IMG/VR virus record: IMGVR_UViG_3300022902_000054
Span: 1-30,654 of that record
DNA from: a virus
Lineage: Duplodnaviria; Caudoviricetes
Length of the DNA: 30,654 bases
Strand: one strand, 5' to 3'
Below, piece by piece: positions 25,729-30,654 of the stretch; the first letter of the stretch is position 1, and each line of letters begins with the position of its first letter. The notes under the pieces were generated by a model that saw only the letters and a list, made by a program, of their open reading frames with translations, was not told the DNA's origin and did not search any database. A program made the translations under genes and the position numbers.

Positions 25729-26076
25729 ATGAGATTATCAGAGAAACAGCAAATCTTTACAGCTTGTATAGGTAAACTTATCTTGTTTGCAAGCAGCAAA
25801 GAATACGGGCTTACACAAGGGGACGGATACCGTGATCCAAGAGTCTTTGGTGAAATGGGGGAAAAACGGAGTTACGCTTCAAAGAATTCTGTCCATAAGA
25901 TAAGACTTGCACATGACTTTAATTTATTTGTTAAAGGTGAATTTATCTCAGACGGTGGCCATCCTGCCTGGTTAGAACTTGGAGAACATTGGGAATGTTT
26001 ACATAAAGATGCAAGATGGGGTGGAAGGTTCGATGACGCAAATCACTTCAGCTTTGAACATTGGGGTTGCAAATAA
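25729..26076 (+). CDS. Endolysin, peptidase M15 family (L-Ala-D-Glu peptidase-like)
   Basis: GDGYR..SVHKIRLAHD..LGEHWE..WGGRF.DANHFS zinc-ligand motifs. Confidence 0.92.
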   Translation: MRLSEKQQIFTACIGKLILFASSKEYGLTQGDGYRDPRVFGEMGEKRSYASKNSVHKIRLAHDFNLFVKGEFISDGGHPAWLELGEHWECLHKDARWGGRFDDANHFSFEHWGCK

Positions 26077-26186
26077 TGTATTTTGATTTTATGCCATTAA
26101 TTCCAATCGGTATTATAATAGGGGTAGGATTCACTTTAGTGTTTTGGGGTGTTATTGAATTGGTCTTATTCATAAAGGAGATTTAA
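26076..26186 (+). CDS. 36-aa single-TM protein in the lysis cassette
   Basis: MYFDFMPLIPIGIIIGVGFTLVFWGVIELVLFIKEI*; TAATG coupling; fills the gap exactly; missed by ORF track. Confidence 0.65.
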   Translation: MYFDFMPLIPIGIIIGVGFTLVFWGVIELVLFIKEI

Positions 26187-26187
26187 A

Positions 26188-26544
26188 TTGAGAGAACGTA
26201 GGCAGATTTCTAAAGTTGACAGGTTGATTACGTGGGGGTTTAATTTGGCAATTATTGGGCTGTTTTCAGTATGTGGGTTACTGTATGCTCAACAAAATAA
26301 GATCATTGATAAGCAAGATGATAAGATCAATTACAAGTACACGGAACTTTGTGATAAGTTAGATAAAAAGGTTGACAATGCTGTGTTGCTTGAGATGATT
26401 AAAACTATTAATGTTCAACAGGCAGTTGATATGAATAATTGGGAACGGCAAGAAAAGATGAATACTAAGGTTCTTAGCAACTTAGAAGAGCTTAATATGA
26501 ATGTTATCTTGCTTAACGATAAATTGGAATTTATCAAAGAATAG
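26188..26544 (+). CDS. Single-TM + coiled-coil lysis-cassette protein
   Basis: N-terminal TM, heptad-rich remainder; AAGGAG RBS + TTG. Confidence 0.65.
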   Translation: MRERRQISKVDRLITWGFNLAIIGLFSVCGLLYAQQNKIIDKQDDKINYKYTELCDKLDKKVDNAVLLEMIKTINVQQAVDMNNWERQEKMNTKVLSNLEELNMNVILLNDKLEFIKE

Positions 26545-26553
26545 GGGTGTCAA

Positions 26554-26970
26554 ATGCTTAATATATTAAGTGCTGTTACAGGTGCAATTGATACGGTGGC
26601 AGATAAGTTTTTTGTAGATGCAGCAGACAAGGAAAAATTCAAACTCCAGGCTTTAAAGATGGCACAGGACGGGGAGTTTAGATCACAGGAAAACCAACTT
26701 AATGCGATCCTTGCCGAAGCAAAGAGTTCTGACCCTTGGACAAGCAGGGCAAGACCTTCTTTTTTGTATGTGATGTACTTATTAATCCTTTTCTCTTTGC
26801 CTATGGGGGTTCTTTCTGCTTTTAAGCCTGATATAGCAGTCCAGGTTGCCACAGGTATGCAGTCATGGTTAAGTGCGATACCAGATGGCTTATGGGGTGT
26901 ATTCGGGGCAGGGTATCTTGGTTATGTTGGTGCAAGGGAGTATGGGAAAAGTAAATTAATAGGTAAATAA
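26554..26970 (+). CDS. Holin, 3TM (GTA holin-like) family
   Basis: AEAKSSDPWTSRARPSFLY..IPDGLW..FGAGYLGYVGAR family motifs. Confidence 0.88.
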   Translation: MLNILSAVTGAIDTVADKFFVDAADKEKFKLQALKMAQDGEFRSQENQLNAILAEAKSSDPWTSRARPSFLYVMYLLILFSLPMGVLSAFKPDIAVQVATGMQSWLSAIPDGLWGVFGAGYLGYVGAREYGKSKLIGK

Positions 26971-27004
26971 AATATAATATTATAATAATAACTTGACAAT
27001 TTCT

Positions 27005-27045
27005 AAGAACGTCTATACATAAGGTATAGGCGTTTTTTTATTTTT
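27005..27045 (+). terminator. Intrinsic terminator ending the late operon
   Basis: Stem AAGAACGTCTATAC / GTATAGGCGTTTTT (two G-U pairs), loop ATAAG, runs into TTTTTTTATTTTT. Confidence 0.75.
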
Positions 27046-27054
27046 AGGAAGGGG

Positions 27055-27183
27055 GTGGGAAAGTTGAAGTGTAAAAAGTGCGGTCATAAGTGGACACCAA
27101 GGGTTAAAAATCCGGTTCAATGTCCAAGTTGTAAAGGGATTCTAAAGCGGATGAAAGGAAAGAATAATGAAAAAGTCACATAG
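27055..27183 (+). CDS. Zn-ribbon microprotein (39-42 aa)
   Basis: (MGK)LKCKKCGHKWTPRVKNPVQCPSCKGILKRMKGKNNEKVT*; start GTG 27055 or TTG 27064; missed by ORF track. Confidence 0.75.
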   Translation: MGKLKCKKCGHKWTPRVKNPVQCPSCKGILKRMKGKNNEKVT

Positions 27184-27331
27184 CTTTAATGAATTGTCGG
27201 ATAAGGTTTGTCAAAGTCCAGGTTGTGAAAAAAAGATAAAGCAAAGGCTTGTATTAAAGAAAGCTGACTTTGATTATTGTTACAAACATTGGAGTGAAAA
27301 AGAATTTAAAAGGAGAAGGAATCTTGAATAA
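27167..27331 (+). CDS. C3H Zn-finger-like microprotein (54 aa)
   Basis: MKKSHSFNELSDKVCQSPGCEKKIKQRLVLKKADFDYCYKHWSEKEFKRRRNLE*; AAAGGA RBS; missed by ORF track. Confidence 0.7.
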   Translation: MKKSHSFNELSDKVCQSPGCEKKIKQRLVLKKADFDYCYKHWSEKEFKRRRNLE

Positions 27332-27467
27332 ATTGTATTGGGCAGAGCATACGACAATAGAGCAGTTTGAAACGATAAGCCCCATAAGATGTTTACTTTC
27401 AGTTATTGGTATTCTTCTTCTTGGGGTTTTTGGTTTTGTGTTAATTGTAATCGGGTTGGGTTTATAA
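27324..27467 (+). CDS. Small protein with C-terminal TM helix (47 aa)
   Basis: TTG 27324 after AGGAGAAGG; hydrophobic C-terminus. Confidence 0.65.
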   Translation: MNKLYWAEHTTIEQFETISPIRCLLSVIGILLLGVFGFVLIVIGLGL

Positions 27468-27622
27468 TGTGTTATGGCAAAATAATATTTCATGGTCTTA
27501 ATTGTCCTTATGAGGTTAAGAGTGGACCAAATTGGGGGGAATGTGAAAAACCAAAATGGGCTGTTTGCCCTGATAGCATACCGGACACAGAAGACGAAAG
27601 AATATATCCAGAAGAATCCTGA
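27467..27622 (+). CDS. Cys-containing microprotein (51 aa)
   Basis: TAATG coupling; MCYGKIIFHGLNCPY..GECEKPKWAVCPD.. Confidence 0.6.
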   Translation: MCYGKIIFHGLNCPYEVKSGPNWGECEKPKWAVCPDSIPDTEDERIYPEES

Positions 27623-27701
27623 ACGGTATGATCCAAAAAAGCATGAACATTTGTTTAGTAAGGAAGAAAGAAAAAACTTATCACAATCAATGAGGGGGTA
27701 A
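27543..27701 (+). CDS. Hypothetical microprotein (start uncertain)
   Basis: GTG after a G-run; ends 1 nt before the ERF start; overlaps the previous ORF by 80 nt. Confidence 0.4.
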   Translation: MKNQNGLFALIAYRTQKTKEYIQKNPERYDPKKHEHLFSKEERKNLSQSMRG

Positions 27702-27702
27702 A

Positions 27703-28281
27703 ATGTTGAGGAAAAAATTAATGGGAATTCAGGGGGAGTTAAAAGCCCCTAAGTCACAGGTTAATACTTTTGCTAAGAACAATTATAAGTATAGGAATCT
27801 TGAGGATATTTGCGAAGCATTAAAGCCTTTATTGATTAAACATGATGTTTCAATGACAATATCAGACGAGATTATAAATTTTGGTGAACGGTTTTATGTC
27901 AAGGCAACGGCAAGGCTTTTTGATGATAAGAGCGAGATTATTGTAACAGCTTTTGCAAGAGAAGCACAAATTAAAAAAGGTATGGACGAATCACAGATAA
28001 CGGGGGCAAGTTCATCCTATGCCAGAAAATACTGCCTTAACGGTCTTTTCCTTATAGATGACACGAAGGATGCAGACTCAATGGATAACACGAAAAAGAC
28101 AGGCAAATCTGATCCTTTCCTTGAAGAAATGAAAGGATATGCAACACATGAGAAAGATATATATTGGAAAGTCCTGGGGCAGAACGGGTTTAGCAAAGCA
28201 ACAGATATACCAAAAAACAAACGATCTTTGATACTTGAAGAAATGGCAATATCATTGTCAGAAAGGGAAGCCAATGAATAA
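27703..28281 (+). CDS. erf: ERF-family single-strand annealing recombinase
   Basis: LKAPKSQ.N.F..YKYRNLEDI..KGMDESQITGASSSYARKYCLNGLFLIDDTKDAD. Confidence 0.93.
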   Translation: MLRKKLMGIQGELKAPKSQVNTFAKNNYKYRNLEDICEALKPLLIKHDVSMTISDEIINFGERFYVKATARLFDDKSEIIVTAFAREAQIKKGMDESQITGASSSYARKYCLNGLFLIDDTKDADSMDNTKKTGKSDPFLEEMKGYATHEKDIYWKVLGQNGFSKATDIPKNKRSLILEEMAISLSEREANE

Positions 28282-28711
28282 AAAAATAGAAGAATATATC
28301 GAAGAAAAGTGGGAAAAGTTTGAAGCCTTTAAATTAATGGCACTTGAGCAGGAAGCAGCTTGTTTGCTTTGTGAAAAAGCTATGGACTATTGGGGGAAAG
28401 AAGGAAGGAGAGCAAGGTTTGAAATAAGTGATAATTTTGAAGGGACTAATCTTAAACTTTTTATGGCAAAAGATGATACCATTGAAAAAGATGTTCAACT
28501 CTTTCTTGAATACTTTGACGTTTTGGTGAAATACAATGAAGGGTTTTTACCGGTAGGGTTTGACGAATATGTTTCTGGCAGATGGATACAATATCATTAT
28601 TCTAACGGCAAGGCTAATATCTGGTTATTCTTTCATTATGATAAAGCAGAGTCCTGCAAGGTTGTCGGCACTGGTAAATTTAAGGAAGAAATGAAAAGAA
28701 TTTGCGTTTAA
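28274..28711 (+). CDS. Hypothetical protein
   Basis: Likely start ATG 28274 overlapping the erf end. Confidence 0.75.
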   Translation: MNKKIEEYIEEKWEKFEAFKLMALEQEAACLLCEKAMDYWGKEGRRARFEISDNFEGTNLKLFMAKDDTIEKDVQLFLEYFDVLVKYNEGFLPVGFDEYVSGRWIQYHYSNGKANIWLFFHYDKAESCKVVGTGKFKEEMKRICV

Positions 28712-28720
28712 GGGGGTTTT

Positions 28721-29041
28721 ATGGGTGTTGAATTAACACAAAAACGATTAAAAGAGTTGTTCCTTTATGATCCTGAAACTGGTCTTTTTACAAGGCGTTA
28801 TAGAATACTGTCAAGGGGCAGGGCATCAAAGATCGGTGTAACTGGGGTCTTTTATATTGATGCTATTGATAAGTGGGATGCTCAAATTAAGATAAATTAT
28901 AAAAAACATAGATTGGGTCAATTTAAATCTAAACTGAAAGCTGTATCTGCAAGATGGGAAGCTGAAAAGAAATACAAATTTCCTGATTGTAGCACAAAAT
29001 CAACAGCATATTTATACTTAAAAGAAAGGAATGTGGCATAA
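28721..29041 (+). CDS. AP2-domain DNA-binding protein derived from an HNH-AP2 homing endonuclease, HNH domain absent
   Basis: LTQKRLKELFLYDPETGLFTR (HNH-AP2 leader) joined almost directly to GVTGV..KWDAQIKINYKKHRLGQF..AVSARWEAE (AP2). Confidence 0.75.
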   Translation: MGVELTQKRLKELFLYDPETGLFTRRYRILSRGRASKIGVTGVFYIDAIDKWDAQIKINYKKHRLGQFKSKLKAVSARWEAEKKYKFPDCSTKSTAYLYLKERNVA

Positions 29042-29787
29042 TGGGAAAACATTGGTATAACGACATAGGGGAACCGGTTTATAGTGTTGAAAACGTAACT
29101 AAGGGGGGTTTAAGACCTACGACTCTAAGGGATGCCAAAAAGCTTAATTTGGTCCCTTCTGTAACGACAGTCATGGACGTATTAAGGAAACCGGCTTTAG
29201 AGATATGGAAAGAGAATCAAGTCCTTGAGTCTGCTCTTAGTTTAAAGCAGAAAAAGAAAGAAACAGACAAGGGGTTTATTAACCGGATAAGATACCATGC
29301 TAAAGAGATTTCCAGGACTTCAGCACAAGAGGGCAAGAACATTCATAAAGCTGTAGAAAAGAGCTTTTTAAATATCCTGCCTGATGAAAAATATTCATGG
29401 CTTGCTCATAGCACCAAAAGAAAGATACAGAAATACTTTAACAGGTATTCAGGATGGAAAGCTGAAACAACTTTCTATAATAAGCTTGGCTTTGGTGGCA
29501 GGACCGATATTACAAATGACAGGCTTGTTATCGATTTAAAGACAAAAGAAAAGTTCAAGTATACCAAGACGGGAAAGATCGTCAAAATGGCTTATGATGA
29601 ACACGTTATGCAGCTTATAGCTTATGCTCATGGGGTGGATATGCCTGATGCAAGGCTTGTAAATGTTTTTGTTGAGTATTCGGGGGAGCTTGTCTTTCAC
29701 GAATGGGACCAAGAGGACATAGAAAGGGGTTGGGAAATGTTCCTATTCTCTCTTAAAATGTGGCAACTTAAAAATAAGGTAAGCTAA
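29041..29787 (+). CDS. PD-(D/E)XK exonuclease (RecB-like motif set)
   Basis: PSVTT..G..IH..E..GGRTD..IDLKT..QLIAY motifs. Confidence 0.88.
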   Translation: MGKHWYNDIGEPVYSVENVTKGGLRPTTLRDAKKLNLVPSVTTVMDVLRKPALEIWKENQVLESALSLKQKKKETDKGFINRIRYHAKEISRTSAQEGKNIHKAVEKSFLNILPDEKYSWLAHSTKRKIQKYFNRYSGWKAETTFYNKLGFGGRTDITNDRLVIDLKTKEKFKYTKTGKIVKMAYDEHVMQLIAYAHGVDMPDARLVNVFVEYSGELVFHEWDQEDIERGWEMFLFSLKMWQLKNKVS

Positions 29788-29821
29788 ATGATGTATTTAA
29801 TTGAACTTTAAGGAAAAGGAA

Positions 29822-30382
29822 ATGAAAATTTTCAGCGATAAATCAATCATAGAGCAAAATCAATGCACCATCATGGACATTGAGTATCATTGTAAATGCG
29901 GGTGCATCTTAAAAAAAGAAGATTTGAGGACCGTATCAATGAAAACCCTGGGGTCAGGCAAGAAATACTCAGGCCTGATCTGCAAAGAGCACTATGAAGA
30001 TGATGGAGTTGTTGTGAACCGGTATACATTTTGTCTTGATTGCGAAGGAAGGATAAAAAACAAAAGGGACGGATCCCCATCAAAGCGATGCAAAAAATGC
30101 GGGAAGGAGCATAACGCTAAGAGGGCAAAAAAAAGGAAAAGAAAGCGTATAAAAGAAAGGGAGGAAGCAAAAAAGAACGGAACACCAACCCCCAGGAGAA
30201 AGAAACGGGTATTGAGAAGAAAGTCAGATAAGAACAGGGCAGAGTATTGTGACTGCTATTATGAGTGCCACATAGGAGGTAAGAGGCCCAGGTGTGCAAC
30301 GTGTCAGGAGTACATACCAATATTCAGAGGAGTGGACCCTGCAGCGATGTACCAGGTAATGTGGGGGAGGCCTTATGTCTAA
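29822..30382 (+). CDS. Cys-rich basic hypothetical protein
   Basis: Several CxC/CxxC/CxxH pairs and a long K/R tract; likely ATG 29822. Confidence 0.7.
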   Translation: MKIFSDKSIIEQNQCTIMDIEYHCKCGCILKKEDLRTVSMKTLGSGKKYSGLICKEHYEDDGVVVNRYTFCLDCEGRIKNKRDGSPSKRCKKCGKEHNAKRAKKRKRKRIKEREEAKKNGTPTPRRKKRVLRRKSDKNRAEYCDCYYECHIGGKRPRCATCQEYIPIFRGVDPAAMYQVMWGRPYV

Positions 30383-30654
30383 AAAAATTGAGATCAGTGG
30401 AAAAGATGATTTATGGCTATGGTTTGGGCTTAGTTATGCCAGTTTTTTAACACTTCCAAGGGTTATGATGCATGCAATGCCTGATCTTTGGCAAAAACAA
30501 ATGTCTATTTTATTAAAAGAGTATGATGAGATGTTTCCTAACCAGCCCAGGCTTGGCACAAGAGTTCAAGCCACAAAAGATGGCAAGCTTACCAAAATGC
30601 CAGAGTTTTTAAAAAATTATAGACATCCTCATCATGAAAAAATTGACGAGATGA
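30375..30654 (+). CDS. Phage hypothetical protein, 3'-truncated by the window
   Basis: GGAGG RBS; MSKKIEISGKDDLWLWFGLSYASFLTLPRVMMHAMPDLWQ... open to the window end. Confidence 0.8.
   Translation, partial: MSKKIEISGKDDLWLWFGLSYASFLTLPRVMMHAMPDLWQKQMSILLKEYDEMFPNQPRLGTRVQATKDGKLTKMPEFLKNYRHPHHEKIDEM

Noticed and set aside
29041-29787. Cas4 / CRISPR association
   Set aside because: Lacks the four Fe-S cysteines; no cas genes or array
577-30320. All minus-strand ORFs in the track (e.g. 10419-10817, 12008-12370, 17084-17449, 26550-26852)
   Set aside because: They lie antisense to well-supported + strand genes and have no recognisable motifs; shadow ORFs
1-30654. Stop-codon reassignment, introns/inteins, tRNA genes
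   Set aside because: Core genes are full length in the standard code and use TAA, TAG and TGA as stops; TerL and MCP are normal size; I saw no cloverleaf or T-loop motif in the few gaps

Overview
Most of the genome of a ~38% GC (estimated by eye) tailed dsDNA phage with an HK97-type head and a long non-contractile tail (siphovirus). Every credible gene is on the + strand. Gene order: end of an early region (Zn-finger protein, HNH, Cro-like HTH, replication initiator with an internal iteron origin, DUF6475-like partner); two HNH nucleases; candidate cos; ParB-DNA methyltransferase; terminase small and large subunits; portal fused to a MuF-like domain; prohead protease; major capsid; two decoration-like proteins; neck; two paralogous tail tube genes; G/GT chaperone with a -1 frameshift; tape measure; tail tip, fibre and LamG proteins; a papain-like Cys protease; lysis cassette; terminator; then early genes (Zn-finger microproteins, ERF annealase, nuclease-less HNH-AP2, PD-(D/E)XK exonuclease). 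I saw no integrase, CRISPR array, tRNA or reverse transcriptase. The most unusual observations are: a second tail-tube paralog carrying an ~80-aa module also inserted in the distal-tail protein; a probable ATT start for the methylase; a frameshift site followed by two mutually exclusive hairpins; an identical hairpin after each decoration gene; and about a dozen small ORFs missed by the ORF track. All family assignments come from motif recognition and synteny, not database searches.
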